A stretch of DNA of 31,682 nt from Gemmatimonadota bacterium (GTDB taxonomy: Bacteria; Gemmatimonadota; Gemmatimonadetes; Gemmatimonadales; Gemmatimonadaceae): the NCBI GenBank assembly GCA_031372565.1, contig JANMLN010000063.1, positions 1 through 31,682 of the forward strand. Direction: 5' to 3'. The translations under genes and the position numbers were made by a program. The notes below the pieces were generated by a model. It worked only from the letters and a program-made list of their open reading frames with translations, ran no database searches and was not told the origin of the DNA. Of the stretch, positions 1-11,390 are shown piece by piece (position 1 is the stretch's first letter; every line of letters begins with the position of its first letter).

Positions 1-2
1 GC

Positions 3-92
3 CTGGCCGAAGGCTGGCACCCCACGCCAGGGCAGGCGGCACAGCTGGTGCGGCGCGTGGCCGACGCGCTGTCGTATGCCCATGCGCGCGGC
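3..92 (+). other. Fragment of a Hanks-type Ser/Thr protein kinase gene (helix preceding the catalytic loop), truncated
   Basis: Frame starting at nt 3 reads LAEGWHPTPGQAAQLVRRVADALSYAHARG. This is the typical 'ALxYAHxxG' segment just before the HRDxKPxN loop, but the loop does not follow. Confidence 0.65.
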
Positions 93-484
93 CCGCGCTG
101 CTGCAGCGGCGCCTCACCGAGGCAGGCTGGCTCGGCCGCAAGACGGGACGCGGGTTCTACGAATACGCCGAGGGCGCGGTGCAACCCGCCCCCACGACCG
201 ACCCGGTGCTCGGCGCACAGATCGCCGATCGCATTCTCGCGATGCTCATCAACGAAGCGGTGGACGCGCTCTACCTGCGCGTGGCCAGCGCCGCCGACAT
301 CGAGACCGCAATGCAGAAGGGGGTGAACTACCCCAAGGGGTTGCTCGCCTGGTGCGACGAGCTGGGCTCGAAGCAGGTGCTCGAACGGCTCGTGTGGCTG
401 CAGGAAGAATACGGAGATGATCGCTATCGCCCGAGCGTGAAGCTCAGGCAGTTGGCCCGGTCGGGCGGGAGCGCCCTCGCATGA
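89..484 (+). CDS. paaH: 3-hydroxyadipyl-CoA/3-hydroxyacyl-CoA dehydrogenase, C-terminal part only (5'-truncated)
   Basis: From nt 89 the frame of ORF 179..484 reads RPALLQRRLTEAGWLGRKTGRGFYEY...RILAMLINEAVDAL...DIETAMQKGVNYPKGLL...YGDDRYRPS. Its stop overlaps the paaI start (ATGA), in a paa context. Confidence 0.88.
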   Translation, partial: RPALLQRRLTEAGWLGRKTGRGFYEYAEGAVQPAPTTDPVLGAQIADRILAMLINEAVDALYLRVASAADIETAMQKGVNYPKGLLAWCDELGSKQVLERLVWLQEEYGDDRYRPSVKLRQLARSGGSALA

Positions 485-951
485 GCCCCAATGACGCGAA
501 GGGACCGCCGCTCTCCGACGCGGAGCAGCAGCTGAACGCCGAGCGGGTGGTGGCGCACATGATCGAGCGCGACGCCTTCAGCCGCTGGCTGGGCGTGACC
601 GTGAGCGAGGTCAAGCCGCGTGAAGCCACCTGCACGCTCACCGTGCGCCCCGACATGCTCAACGGGTTCGGCGTCTGTCATGGCGGCGTCACCTTCTCGC
701 TCGCGGATTCGGCGTTCGCCTTTGCCAGCAACACGCAGGGGAACGTGGCCATGAGCATCGACAACCAGATCAGCTATCCGGCGCCCGCCCGCGAAGGGGA
801 TGTGCTCACCGCCACCGCGCGCGAGGAGTCGGGCACGGACCGGCTCGCGTTCTATCGCGTGGAAGTGAAGACCCAAGCGGGCACGCTCGTGGCCATCTTC
901 AAGGGCACGGTCTACAAGACGCGCACCCCGCACCTCCCAGCAGGAGCCTGA
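481..951 (+). CDS. paaI: Hotdog-fold phenylacetyl-CoA thioesterase
   Basis: [35 protein letters not shown] motifs. Lies between paaH and the thiolase. Confidence 0.92.
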   Translation: MSPNDAKGPPLSDAEQQLNAERVVAHMIERDAFSRWLGVTVSEVKPREATCTLTVRPDMLNGFGVCHGGVTFSLADSAFAFASNTQGNVAMSIDNQISYPAPAREGDVLTATAREESGTDRLAFYRVEVKTQAGTLVAIFKGTVYKTRTPHLPAGA

Positions 952-952
952 C

Positions 953-2161
953 GTGAGAGAAGCGTACATTGCCGCCGGCGTGCGCACGCCGATCGGTTCG
1001 TTTGGCGGGGCGCTGGCCAACGTGCGCGCCGATGACCTGGCAGCGCACGCGATCCGCGAGCTGATCAAGCAGCACCCATCGGTTGATGCCGCCGCGATCA
1101 CTGACGTCATCCTCGGCTGCGCCAACCAGGCGGGCGAGGACAACCGCAACGTGGCGCGCATGGCGTTGCTGCTGGCGGGGCTGCCGACGTCGGTACCGGG
1201 CGAGACGGTCAACCGTCTCTGCGCTTCCGGGCTCTCGGCGACGGTCAGCGCGGCGCGCGGCATCCGCAACGGTGAAGGCGACCTGTACGTCGCGGGCGGC
1301 GTCGAGAACATGACGCGCGCGCCGTACGTCATGAGCAAGGCCGGCACGGCGTGGGCGCGCGATGCGCAACTCTACGACACGTCGCTCGGCTGGCGCTTCA
1401 TCAACAATGCGTTCAAGAACCAGTTCGGTACCGACTCGATGGGCGAGACGGCGGAGAACGTGGCCGCCGAGCGCAACGTGAGTCGCGCGGACCAGGACGC
1501 GTTCGCGCTGCGGTCGCAGCAGAAGGCGTCGGCGGCGCGCGCGGCCGGCCGCTTCGCGCGCGAGATCGTGCCGGTGGAGATCGCGGGCAAGAAGGGGCCG
1601 ACGGTCGTGAGCGATGACGAGTTCCTGCGGCCCGACACGACGCTTGAGACGCTCGCGAAGCTGAAGCCCGCGTTTCGTACCGACGGCAAGGGTACCGTGA
1701 CGGCGGGCAATGCGAGCGGATTGAACGATGGCGCGTGCGCGCTGCTCATCGCGTCTGACGCGGGGTGCAACACGCACGGACTCACGCCGATGGCGCGCCT
1801 CGTGAGCTGGGCGGCGGCTGGACTCGAGCCGCGCGTGATGGGATTGGGCCCCGTGCCCGCGACGCAGAAGGCGCTCAAGATGGCGGGGCTCACGGTCAAG
1901 GACCTCGACGTGATCGAGCTCAACGAGGCGTTCGCCGCGCAGGTGCTGGCCTCGCTCCGTGAGCTCGGCATCGCGGACGATGACCCTCGCGTGAATCGCA
2001 ACGGCGGCGCCATCGCCCTCGGCCACCCGCTCGGCATGTCGGGCGCGCGCGTGGCGCTGAGCGCCGCGCACGAGCTGCAGATCACGGGCGGTCGCTACGC
2101 GCTCGTGACGATGTGCATCGGTGTGGGGCAGGGCATGGCGGCCGTTCTCGAGCGCGTGTAG
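953..2161 (+). CDS. paaJ: 3-oxoadipyl-CoA thiolase (PaaJ/PcaF type)
   Basis: [16 protein letters not shown], catalytic NRLCASG, NEAFA, GHPLG and CIGVGQG motifs. GTG start preceded by AGGAG. Confidence 0.93.
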   Translation: MREAYIAAGVRTPIGSFGGALANVRADDLAAHAIRELIKQHPSVDAAAITDVILGCANQAGEDNRNVARMALLLAGLPTSVPGETVNRLCASGLSATVSAARGIRNGEGDLYVAGGVENMTRAPYVMSKAGTAWARDAQLYDTSLGWRFINNAFKNQFGTDSMGETAENVAAERNVSRADQDAFALRSQQKASAARAAGRFAREIVPVEIAGKKGPTVVSDDEFLRPDTTLETLAKLKPAFRTDGKGTVTAGNASGLNDGACALLIASDAGCNTHGLTPMARLVSWAAAGLEPRVMGLGPVPATQKALKMAGLTVKDLDVIELNEAFAAQVLASLRELGIADDDPRVNRNGGAIALGHPLGMSGARVALSAAHELQITGGRYALVTMCIGVGQGMAAVLERV

Positions 2162-2236
2162 GGTGCGCGCCTGCCGCGCAGCACACGGTGAGTGACCTCA
2201 GGCAATCCTGACCGAGTACCAACGGAGAATTCATAG

Positions 2237-4333
2237 ATGCGCTTGCAGAACTATGTCCTCGGCCAGTGGGTCGAGGGAGGCGGGACCGGCACCGAGCTGG
2301 TCAGCGCCATCACGGGCGAAGCGATTGCCGTGGCGAGCACGGTTGGCATCGACTTCAAGGCCGCGCACCAGTACGCGCGCGACGTCGGCGGGCCCGCGCT
2401 CCGCGCCATGACGTTCCACGAGCGCGCCGCGCGCCTCAAGGCGATGGGCAAGTACCTGACGGAGCGGAAGGCCGAGTTCTACGACCTTTCGAACCACACC
2501 GGCGCCACGAAATCCGATTCGTGGATCGACATCGACGGCGGGATCGGCACCCTGTTCGTCTACGCCAGCAAGGGGCGGCGCGAGTTGCCGAACGAGCCCT
2601 TCTTCGTGGACGGCGGTCCCGAGGCGTTGTCCAAGGGGGGCAACTTCATCGGGCGGCATGTCTGCGTGCCGCTCGAAGGCGTTCACGTGCAGATCAACGC
2701 CTTCAACTTTCCCGTGTGGGGCATGCTCGAGAAGGTCGCGCCGAGCTTCCTCGCGGGGATGCCGAGCATCGTGAAGCCGGCGAGCCTCACGAGCTACCTC
2801 ACCGAACGCGTGGTGCACGCGATGATCGAGTCGGGGATCTTTCCCGAGGGGACGCTGCAGCTGCTGGTCGGGAGCGCGGGCGATCTGCTCGACCACCTCG
2901 ACTGTCAGGACGTGGTGGGCTTCACCGGCAGTGCGACCACGGGGCAGATGCTCAAGGCGCATCCGGCCGTCATGCGCAACAGCGTGCGCTTCAACATGGA
3001 AGCGGACTCGCTCAACTGCTGCATCCTCGGCCCTGACGCCGACCCGGGGACCGAGGAGTTCGACCTGTTCGTCAAGGAAGTTGCGCGCGAGATGACGGCG
3101 AAGGCCGGGCAGAAGTGCACGGCGATTCGACGGACGATCGTGCCCGACCGGATGGTGGAGGACGTGATGAAGGCGCTGACGAAGCGGTTGAGTGGCGTCA
3201 CGATCGGCGATCCGCGCCTCGATACGGTGCGCATGGGACCGCTCGCGGGGAGGGCGCAGGTGCAGGAAGTGGGGAAGGCCGTCGCGCGCATCCGCCAAGA
3301 GGCGGAGCTGTTCTCCGGTGGCGAGATGGATTTCAAGCTCACCGGGGCGGATCACGCCACGGGGGCGTTCTACCCGATCACGCTCATGGCCTGCAGCAAG
3401 CCGCTGACGGCTGCCACACCGCATGACGTCGAGGCGTTCGGCCCCGTGAACACCGTGATGGGCTACGCACACGTCGACGATGCGATCCAGCTGGCCCGGC
3501 GAGGCAACGGGTCGCTGTGCGGGTCACTGTTCACCGTGGATGACGCGGTCGCGCGAAAGATCGTGCTGGGCGTTGCCCCATTTCATGGCCGACTCGTCGT
3601 GGTCAACCGCCACGATGCGAAGGAGAGCACCGGGCACGGCTCCCCGATGCCGCATCTCGTGCACGGCGGTCCCGGGCGCGCGGGTGGTGGAGAGGAGATG
3701 GGCGGCATGCGCGGCGTGATGCACTTCATGCAGCGCACGGCGGTGCAGGGGTCACCGACGACCCTCACCGCCATCACGCGTGAATGGTCGGTGGGCGCCG
3801 ATCGTGCAACCGACCGCGTGCATCCGTTCCGGAAGCATTTCGAGGAACTGCGCATCGGGGAGTCGCTGACGACGCACCGCCGGACGGTGACCGAGACCGA
3901 CATCGTGAACTTCGCCGGCATCTCGGGCGACTTCTTCTATGCCCACATGGACGACATCGCCGCCAAGGCGTCGTTCTTCGAGCGACGGGTCGCCCATGGA
4001 TACTTCGTGCTCTCCGCTGCGGCGGGGCTCTTTGTCGACCCCGCGCCGGGACCGGTGCTCGCGAACTACGGGCTCGAGAACCTGCGCTTCGTGAAGCCCG
4101 TGTATGCCGGCGACACCATCCAGGTGACGCTGACCTGCAAGCAGAAGACGTTGAAGGACACGCCCGAGGGTGGCGTCCCGCAGGGGGTGGTCGCCTGGGA
4201 CGTGGAAGTCACCAACCAGAATGCGGAGCCGGTGGCGGTGTACACGATCCTGACGCTCGTCAAGCGGTTGGTCGTGCCCGACGCGATCGGTACGCACGCG
4301 ACATCAACCACCGGGGACGCCACCGGCGCGTGA
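2237..4333 (+). CDS. paaZ: Bifunctional oxepin-CoA hydrolase / aldehyde dehydrogenase (ALDH + MaoC)
   Basis: QINAFNFPVWGMLEK, MEADSLN, GQKCTAIRR, HGSPMPHLVHGGPGRAGGGEE. C-terminal MaoC domain (GDFFYAHMD, AHGYFVLSAAAGL). GGAG RBS. Confidence 0.96.
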   Translation: MRLQNYVLGQWVEGGGTGTELVSAITGEAIAVASTVGIDFKAAHQYARDVGGPALRAMTFHERAARLKAMGKYLTERKAEFYDLSNHTGATKSDSWIDIDGGIGTLFVYASKGRRELPNEPFFVDGGPEALSKGGNFIGRHVCVPLEGVHVQINAFNFPVWGMLEKVAPSFLAGMPSIVKPASLTSYLTERVVHAMIESGIFPEGTLQLLVGSAGDLLDHLDCQDVVGFTGSATTGQMLKAHPAVMRNSVRFNMEADSLNCCILGPDADPGTEEFDLFVKEVAREMTAKAGQKCTAIRRTIVPDRMVEDVMKALTKRLSGVTIGDPRLDTVRMGPLAGRAQVQEVGKAVARIRQEAELFSGGEMDFKLTGADHATGAFYPITLMACSKPLTAATPHDVEAFGPVNTVMGYAHVDDAIQLARRGNGSLCGSLFTVDDAVARKIVLGVAPFHGRLVVVNRHDAKESTGHGSPMPHLVHGGPGRAGGGEEMGGMRGVMHFMQRTAVQGSPTTLTAITREWSVGADRATDRVHPFRKHFEELRIGESLTTHRRTVTETDIVNFAGISGDFFYAHMDDIAAKASFFERRVAHGYFVLSAAAGLFVDPAPGPVLANYGLENLRFVKPVYAGDTIQVTLTCKQKTLKDTPEGGVPQGVVAWDVEVTNQNAEPVAVYTILTLVKRLVVPDAIGTHATSTTGDATGA

Positions 4334-4337
4334 GCAC

Positions 4338-5231
4338 GTGAACGCCCCCGTGCGCGACATCGCCCTGACCTTCGCCGGTGGGGGCAATCGGGCCTTCTAC
4401 CAGCTCGGGCTGCTGCGGCAGTGGGGCTCGTGGCTCCTGCCGCGCACGGTCGGCGTGGCCGCGTGCTCCGCCGGCGCGTACGTCATCTGCCTCTACCTCG
4501 CCGGGCGGGAGCAGGAGGCGTTCGACTTCTGGTATCAGGCGCGCGCGCACGTCCGTCGCAACTTCACCTTCAGCAACGCGCTCAAGGGGAAGCCGGTCGC
4601 GCCGCATGCGGCCATCTATCCCGAGACCATCCGCTTCATGCTCGCGGAGGGCGGCTTCGACAAGATCAGGGCGGCGCCATTTCCGATCCTGATTCTTGCC
4701 GCGGGCTTCCCGCGCTTCCTCTCGGGCTCGCTGGCAACCACGATCGGGCTGCTCGGCTATCAGGCCGAGAAGGCGGCCAAGCCGACCCAGATTCACCCGA
4801 GATGGGGACGTGCGTTGGGGTTCCGGCCTGTCGTGGCTGACGCGCGCGAGTGCCAGGACGTCGAGGAGTTGACGGCGCTCATCCTCGCTTCGGGCTCCAC
4901 GCCCCCCGTGACGCCGCTCGGCCGCTTCCGGGGGGAGGACCTGCTCGACGGCGGACTGGTGGACAACGTGCCGGCGTTCGTGGCCGACGAAATCCCCGGC
5001 GCGAGGCGCAACCTGGTGCTGCTCACGCGGGCGTACACCGGCCGAGGCGCGCAGCTGGAGGACGGCAGGCGCCTGTATATCGCGCCGAGTCAGCCGGTCC
5101 CGATCCATCGGTGGGACTACACCCGCCCGGACCTGCTCGAAGCCACGATCGCGATGGGGGAGCGGGAGGCGGTCAGCCTGCATGGGCCGATGGTGGAGCG
5201 TTTCCTGTCCGCGCCCCATATTGGGGCATGA
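4338..5231 (+). CDS. Patatin-like phospholipase/esterase family protein
   Basis: Gly-rich AGGGNRAFY, nucleophile elbow ACSAG, ASGSTP and catalytic DGG (LLDGGLVDNVP). Confidence 0.88.
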   Translation: MNAPVRDIALTFAGGGNRAFYQLGLLRQWGSWLLPRTVGVAACSAGAYVICLYLAGREQEAFDFWYQARAHVRRNFTFSNALKGKPVAPHAAIYPETIRFMLAEGGFDKIRAAPFPILILAAGFPRFLSGSLATTIGLLGYQAEKAAKPTQIHPRWGRALGFRPVVADARECQDVEELTALILASGSTPPVTPLGRFRGEDLLDGGLVDNVPAFVADEIPGARRNLVLLTRAYTGRGAQLEDGRRLYIAPSQPVPIHRWDYTRPDLLEATIAMGEREAVSLHGPMVERFLSAPHIGA

Positions 5232-5982
5232 GCCAACACGACCTCAGCAAGAAAGTCGCCCTCGTCACCGGGGCCACACGCGGCATCGGTCTCGCCATCG
5301 CCAAGGGGCTCGCCGCCGCGGGCGCGACCGTTGTGATCTCGAGTCGCAAGGCGGATGCGGTCAACGCGGCCGTGGCCGAGATCACCGCCGCCGGCCACGC
5401 GGCGGTCGGTCTTCCAGCCAACGTCGGCAAGCTCGACGAGGCGCGCCAACTGGTCGACGATACCATCGCCCAGCTGGGCGGTGTGGACATCGTCGTCAAC
5501 AATGCGGCCACCAATCCGGTGTACGGCCCGGTCGAGAATACCGACGAGGGCGCGTGGAACAAGATCATGATGGTGAACGTGCAGGGGCCCTTCGAGATCG
5601 CCAAGCGTGCGCTGCCCAGCATGACGGCCCGCGGCGGCGGTGCCGTGCTCAACATCTCGAGTGTCGAGGGGCTGACCCCCGGACACGGGTTGGGCGTCTA
5701 CTCCGTGAGCAAGAGTGCGCTCATCGCCCTCACGAGCGTGATGGCGCGCGAATGGGGCCCCAAGGGGGTGCGCGCCAACGTGATCTGTCCGGGATTGATC
5801 AAGACGGATTTTTCCGAGGCGCTCTGGCAGGACGAGAAGTTGATGTCGCGGTTCCTGAAGGCGCAGCCCATTGCCCGCATCGGCGAGCCGGATGAAGTCG
5901 CCGGCCTCGCCGTCTTCCTGTGTTCCCCAGCCGCGAGCTTCATCACCGGCGGGACTTATGTCGTGGATGGAGGGTACAGCAT

Positions 5983-5986
<4 letters not shown>
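5228..5986 (+). CDS. Short-chain dehydrogenase/reductase (DHRS4/LvaD-like)
   Basis: TGATRGIG, VISSRK, NNAATNP, YSVSK (YxxxK), PGLIKTDFS. The ATG at 5228 overlaps the patatin stop, so the longer ORF call from 4850 is over-extended. Confidence 0.92.
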
Positions 5987-7227
<1,241 letters not shown>

Positions 7228-7231
7228 TTGC

Positions 7232-7358
7232 AGGGGGACGGAATCGGTGCAGGGAATGCAATGCCACGCATGATCTCAACATCCGGTTGCAGTTCTCCGC
7301 GATCCTCTGTGTGCTCTGTGTCTCCCCCCCCGCACCTCTCAGTGCCCTCCGTCCCCCT
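7232..7358. repeat. Intergenic element bounded by 11-bp inverted repeats, with inner imperfect arms and short CTCTGTGT repeats
   Basis: AGGGGGACGGA (7232-7242) pairs with TCCGTCCCCCT (7348-7358). GGTGCAGGG and CCCCGCACC form inner arms. CTCCGCGATCCTCTGTGTGCTCTGTGTCTC lies at 7295-7324. Confidence 0.55.
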
Positions 7359-7370
7359 CCCCACCGCAGC

Positions 7371-8453
7371 ATGACGCCCCCCCCCATCGACACCGCCCGC
7401 GCCGTACGCCCCGGCGAAGAGATCGATGCCAAGGCGTTGGCCGCCTGGTGCGCCGTCCACGCCCCCGAAGTCGCCGGCCCGATCACGATCCAGCAATTCC
7501 CACGCGGCTTCTCGAACCTCACATATCTGCTGTCGACGGCGAGCCGCGAGTTTGTGCTCCGTCGGCCGCCGCGAGGGGTCAAGAAGGGCTCGGCCCATGA
7601 CATGGGGCGTGAGTTCCGCATTCTCGCCGCCCTGCACGCTCGCCACGCTCCGGTCCCTCGGCCGGTCGCGCTCGCGGACGATGAGTCGATCATCGGCGCG
7701 CCGTTCTACATGATGGAGCGGGTGGCCGGCGTCATTCTCCGCAGTCAGAATCCGCCGGGGCTCGTGCTCGACGAGTCGACGATGCGCGGCCTCTCGCTCG
7801 CCTTCGTCGATGCGCTGCGGGCGATTCATGCCACGCCACTCGACGCCGCCGGGATCGCCGACCTCGGCAAGCCCGAGGGATACGTCGAACGGCAGGTGCA
7901 GGGCTGGGCGGCACGCTACCAGCGGGCCCGCACCGACGACGTCGCCGACATGGATGCGCTCGCGGCCTGGCTCGACGCGCACCGCCCGACCGAGTCTGGT
8001 GCGGCGCTCATTCACAACGACTTCAAGTACGACAATTTCGTGCTCGCGCCCGACGACTTGACGCGCATCGTCGCCGTTCTCGATTGGGAGATGGCAACGC
8101 TCGGCGATCCCCTGATGGATCTCGGCACCTCGCTCGGCTACTGGGTCGACCCGACCGATCCCCCCGAACTGCGCGCCATCGGGCTGACCGTCACCGCGCT
8201 TCCCGGCAACCTGAGTCGCGCGGAGCTGTGGCAGCGATATCACGATGTGGCTGGTCGCCCCGCGCCGGATCCGGTGTTCTACTATGCGTTCGGTCTGTTC
8301 AAGATTGCGGTCATCGTCCAGCAGATCTATGCGCGCTACAAGGCGGGACTCACGGCCGACGAGCGGTTCGCGCAGCTCGGCGCGGCGGTGCAGGGACTCG
8401 CCGGGCTCGGACGTCGCGCGATCGAGCTCCAGCGGATCGATCGGCTCGGGTAG
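7371..8453 (+). CDS. APH/choline-kinase family phosphotransferase (ACAD10/11 N-domain / LvaA-like)
   Basis: QFPRGFSNLTY, VLRRPP, AHDMGREF, IHNDFKYDN, VLDWEMATLGDPLMDLG. ATG at 7371 is preferred over the TTG at 7287. Confidence 0.92.
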   Translation: MTPPPIDTARAVRPGEEIDAKALAAWCAVHAPEVAGPITIQQFPRGFSNLTYLLSTASREFVLRRPPRGVKKGSAHDMGREFRILAALHARHAPVPRPVALADDESIIGAPFYMMERVAGVILRSQNPPGLVLDESTMRGLSLAFVDALRAIHATPLDAAGIADLGKPEGYVERQVQGWAARYQRARTDDVADMDALAAWLDAHRPTESGAALIHNDFKYDNFVLAPDDLTRIVAVLDWEMATLGDPLMDLGTSLGYWVDPTDPPELRAIGLTVTALPGNLSRAELWQRYHDVAGRPAPDPVFYYAFGLFKIAVIVQQIYARYKAGLTADERFAQLGAAVQGLAGLGRRAIELQRIDRLG

Positions 8454-8555
8454 CGGCGGCCTCCGCCTCCCCCGCGCCTCCCCCGAATGACCGGGGGCGG
8501 GCTGCCCGGCAATCCGCTAAAATTCTGTGATTCCCACGCCTCGCCTGATGTGCAG

Positions 8556-9464
8556 ATGAAGAAGGTCCTGATTGGCGTCCTCGCGATGCCGGTATTGCTC
8601 TGGCTCACGGCGATCGTCTTCGTGAAGCTCAAGGAGCGCACGCTGATCTTCCATGCGGAGAAGGCGGTCGGGCCGCTGAAGGAGCCAGCGCCCCCGTTCC
8701 AGCCACCGCATGAGCGCGTCTCGTTCGCATCTGCGGATGGTACGCCCTTGGTCGGATGGGTCGTGCCGAGCGCATCGGCGGACTCGAGCGGCGTCTGGGT
8801 GCTGGTGTGTCATGGGAACTCGCACAACCTCTCGCAATTCGAGGAGCCCGAGTTCTACAGCTACCTGCGCGCGCTCGGCGTCAACATCCTGACGTTCGAC
8901 TACCGCGGCTTCGGCGAGAGCGGTGGCGAGCCGAGCGAGGATGGCGCGTACGCCGACACCCGCGCCGCCTATGATCTCGTTGTCAGCCGCTACGGGGTGA
9001 ACCCGAAGCAGGTGATCATCTACGGACACTCGTTGGGTACTGGCATGGCCGTGCAGCTGGCCAGTTCGGTGGAGGCCGGCGCGCTGGTGTTGCAGGCGCC
9101 CTATACGAGCGTGCCTGACATGGGCGCGCGGCGCTACCCGTACCTCCCGATCCACTCGCTGGCGACGTACACCTTCCCGTCGCTCGAGCGCATGGCTCGT
9201 GTGACCGAGCCCCTGCTGGTGCTGCATTCACCGGCGGACTCCACCATTCCGGTCGCCATGGGTGAACTGATCCATCGTGCCGCGGCGAGCCCGATCAAGC
9301 GGTTCATGCACATCGCGGGTGGCCACAACATCGCCTTCAAGGTCGACAGCGCGCTCTTTTTCCGGGCGTTCCGCGAGATGATCGGCACGGTGCGCGCAGC
9401 CTCCTCGACGGTGGCCGGCCCAGCCGACAGCGCAGCCATGCGCGTGCGAGGCACTCGTGGCTGA
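8556..9464 (+). CDS. Membrane-anchored alpha/beta hydrolase (ABHD12/13/17-like)
   Basis: N-terminal TM segment (MKKVLIGVLAMPVLLWLTAIVFV), CHGN, FDYRGFGES, GHSLG nucleophile, HSPAD, GGHN. Confidence 0.9.
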   Translation: MKKVLIGVLAMPVLLWLTAIVFVKLKERTLIFHAEKAVGPLKEPAPPFQPPHERVSFASADGTPLVGWVVPSASADSSGVWVLVCHGNSHNLSQFEEPEFYSYLRALGVNILTFDYRGFGESGGEPSEDGAYADTRAAYDLVVSRYGVNPKQVIIYGHSLGTGMAVQLASSVEAGALVLQAPYTSVPDMGARRYPYLPIHSLATYTFPSLERMARVTEPLLVLHSPADSTIPVAMGELIHRAAASPIKRFMHIAGGHNIAFKVDSALFFRAFREMIGTVRAASSTVAGPADSAAMRVRGTRG

Positions 9465-11352
9465 TCCCCGAACGAATGGCGCCACGCCTGCCGCGAAGGG
9501 CGCCAAGGCCAAGCCGAAGAAGCCGCCGGTGGACACCAAGCGGGCGTGGCGCGAGGCGCGCGCGCTGTTGTACGCGCACCGTGGTCAACTCTCCATTGGC
9601 CTTACGCTGATGTTGATCAGCCGCGTGGCCGGGCTCGTGTTGCCGGCGAGCACCAAGTACCTGATCGACGAGGTCATCAACAAGCAGCGCACGGATCTTC
9701 TGCTGCCGTTGGCGCTCGGCGCCGGCGGCGCCACGTTGATCCAGGCGATCAGCAGCTACGCCAACTCGCAAGTCGTGTCGGTGGCGGCGCAGCGCGCCAT
9801 CATGACGATGCGGCAGCGCGTGCAGGATCACATCCTGCGCCTCCCGGTCAGCTACTTCGACTCGACGAAGAGCGGCGTGGTCGTCGCGCGCGTCATGAAT
9901 GATGCCGATGGCATCCGGAACCTGGTCGGGACCGGCCTCATCCAGCTGGTGGGCGGTATCCTGACGGCGAGCATTTCGCTCGGCGTGCTGCTGTACCTCA
10001 ACTGGAAGATGACCATCGGCGCGATCGTCTTCCTGGGCGCCTTCGGTGGTGCGATGGCGGTGGCGTTCAACAAGCTGCGTCCGCTGTTCCGCGAGCGGAA
10101 CGAGATCACGGCCGACATCACGGGACGCCTCGCGGAGTCGATTGGCGGCGTGCGCTTGCTGAAGATCTACGTGGCCGAGTCGCGCGAGTCGAAGATCTTC
10201 GCCGCCGGGGCGGAACGGCTGTTCAAGAACGTGGCCGGCACGATCACGGGCACGAGCGCCATCACGGCCTTTTCGACGGCCATCATCGGCGCCATTGGCG
10301 TGTTGATCATGGTCATCGGCGGGCGAGCGATCTTCGCCGGCCAGATGACGCTCGGCGATCTGATCATGTACACCTTCTTCGTCGGACTGCTCGCGGCCCC
10401 GGTCGTGAACATCGCCAACATCGGGACGCAGGTGAGCGAGGCATTCGCCGGGCTCGACCGGATACGCGAGATCCTCGACATGCCCACCGAGGACGAGACC
10501 GACAAGACGCGCGATCCGATCCCCACGGTGCAGGGACACGTCCGGTTCGAGGATGTGTTCTTCGAGTACGAGAAGGACACGCCGGTACTGAAGGGGATCG
10601 CGTTCGACGTGCCGGCGGGTACGACGGTGGCGCTGGTCGGCTCGAGCGGCTCGGGCAAGAGCACCATCATGGGGCTCGTGATGGCGTTCAATCGTCCGCA
10701 GCAGGGGCGCATCACCGTGGACGGGCGCGACCTGCAGTCGGTGCGCCTTCGCGAGTATCGCGCGCTCCTGGGCGTCGTGATGCAGGACAACTTCCTCTTC
10801 GACGGCACGATCGCCGAGAACATCGGCTTCGCCAAGCCCGGGGCGCCGCGCGAGGAGATCGAGCGCGTGGCGCGCATCGCGCACGTGCAGGAGTTCACCG
10901 ACCGGTTCGAGCTGGGGCTCGATACGATCGTCGGGGAGCGCGGGGTCAAGCTTTCGGGTGGCCAGCGCCAGCGGGTCGCCATCGCCCGCGCGATCCTCGC
11001 CGACCCGCGCGTGTTGCTGCTCGACGAAGCCACGAGTTCGCTCGACTCGGAGAGCGAGGCGATGATCCGGGACGGACTTCGCAAGCTGCGTCAGGGGCGC
11101 ACGACCTTCGTGATCGCTCACCGCCTCTCCACGATCGAGTCGGCGGACCAGATTCTGGTGGTCGAGAAGGGGGAGATCGCCGAGCGCGGGACGCATGCCC
11201 AACTGCTTGCGCTCCACGGTCGCTACAAGCACCTCTATGATCGCCAGCACGGGATCGAGACTGACCAGTTCATCAATCCCGGAGAGGACTTCACGACGCC
11301 GGCCGTGGCGACCGATGCGCGCGCCGCGAACCAGAGTGGACGGCCCGGGTAG
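9457..11352 (+). CDS. ABC exporter, fused permease/ATP-binding (MsbA/MdlB-like)
   Basis: Six-TM N-domain, Walker A GSSGSGKST, signature LSGGQRQR, Walker B LLLDE, IAHRLST. Confidence 0.95.
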   Translation: MADPRTNGATPAAKGAKAKPKKPPVDTKRAWREARALLYAHRGQLSIGLTLMLISRVAGLVLPASTKYLIDEVINKQRTDLLLPLALGAGGATLIQAISSYANSQVVSVAAQRAIMTMRQRVQDHILRLPVSYFDSTKSGVVVARVMNDADGIRNLVGTGLIQLVGGILTASISLGVLLYLNWKMTIGAIVFLGAFGGAMAVAFNKLRPLFRERNEITADITGRLAESIGGVRLLKIYVAESRESKIFAAGAERLFKNVAGTITGTSAITAFSTAIIGAIGVLIMVIGGRAIFAGQMTLGDLIMYTFFVGLLAAPVVNIANIGTQVSEAFAGLDRIREILDMPTEDETDKTRDPIPTVQGHVRFEDVFFEYEKDTPVLKGIAFDVPAGTTVALVGSSGSGKSTIMGLVMAFNRPQQGRITVDGRDLQSVRLREYRALLGVVMQDNFLFDGTIAENIGFAKPGAPREEIERVARIAHVQEFTDRFELGLDTIVGERGVKLSGGQRQRVAIARAILADPRVLLLDEATSSLDSESEAMIRDGLRKLRQGRTTFVIAHRLSTIESADQILVVEKGEIAERGTHAQLLALHGRYKHLYDRQHGIETDQFINPGEDFTTPAVATDARAANQSGRPG

Positions 11353-11390
11353 CGTCGCCGCTCAGCGCGGACGCGGGATGCGCGGTTGCA

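Noticed and set aside
4850..5227. Long N-terminal extensions in the ORF track (SDR from 4850, M55 from 11725, SET fusion from 15576, DUF2239 from 22013, FadN from 28437)
   Set aside because: They overlap neighbouring genes or promoters. Downstream starts with ATGA coupling, an RBS or family-typical N-termini fit better.
8454..8510. GC-rich hairpin and short GCCTCCCCCG duplication after the phosphotransferase gene
   Set aside because: The stem is short, imperfect and low-complexity with no U-tract, so it cannot be distinguished from chance at this GC content.
9337..11250. Long antisense ORFs (also 2231-3472, 5956-7194, 17322-18569, 25834-28137, 30326-31552)
   Set aside because: They are Arg/His/Ala-rich shadow frames opposite well-supported genes, expected in high-GC DNA, and carry no motifs.
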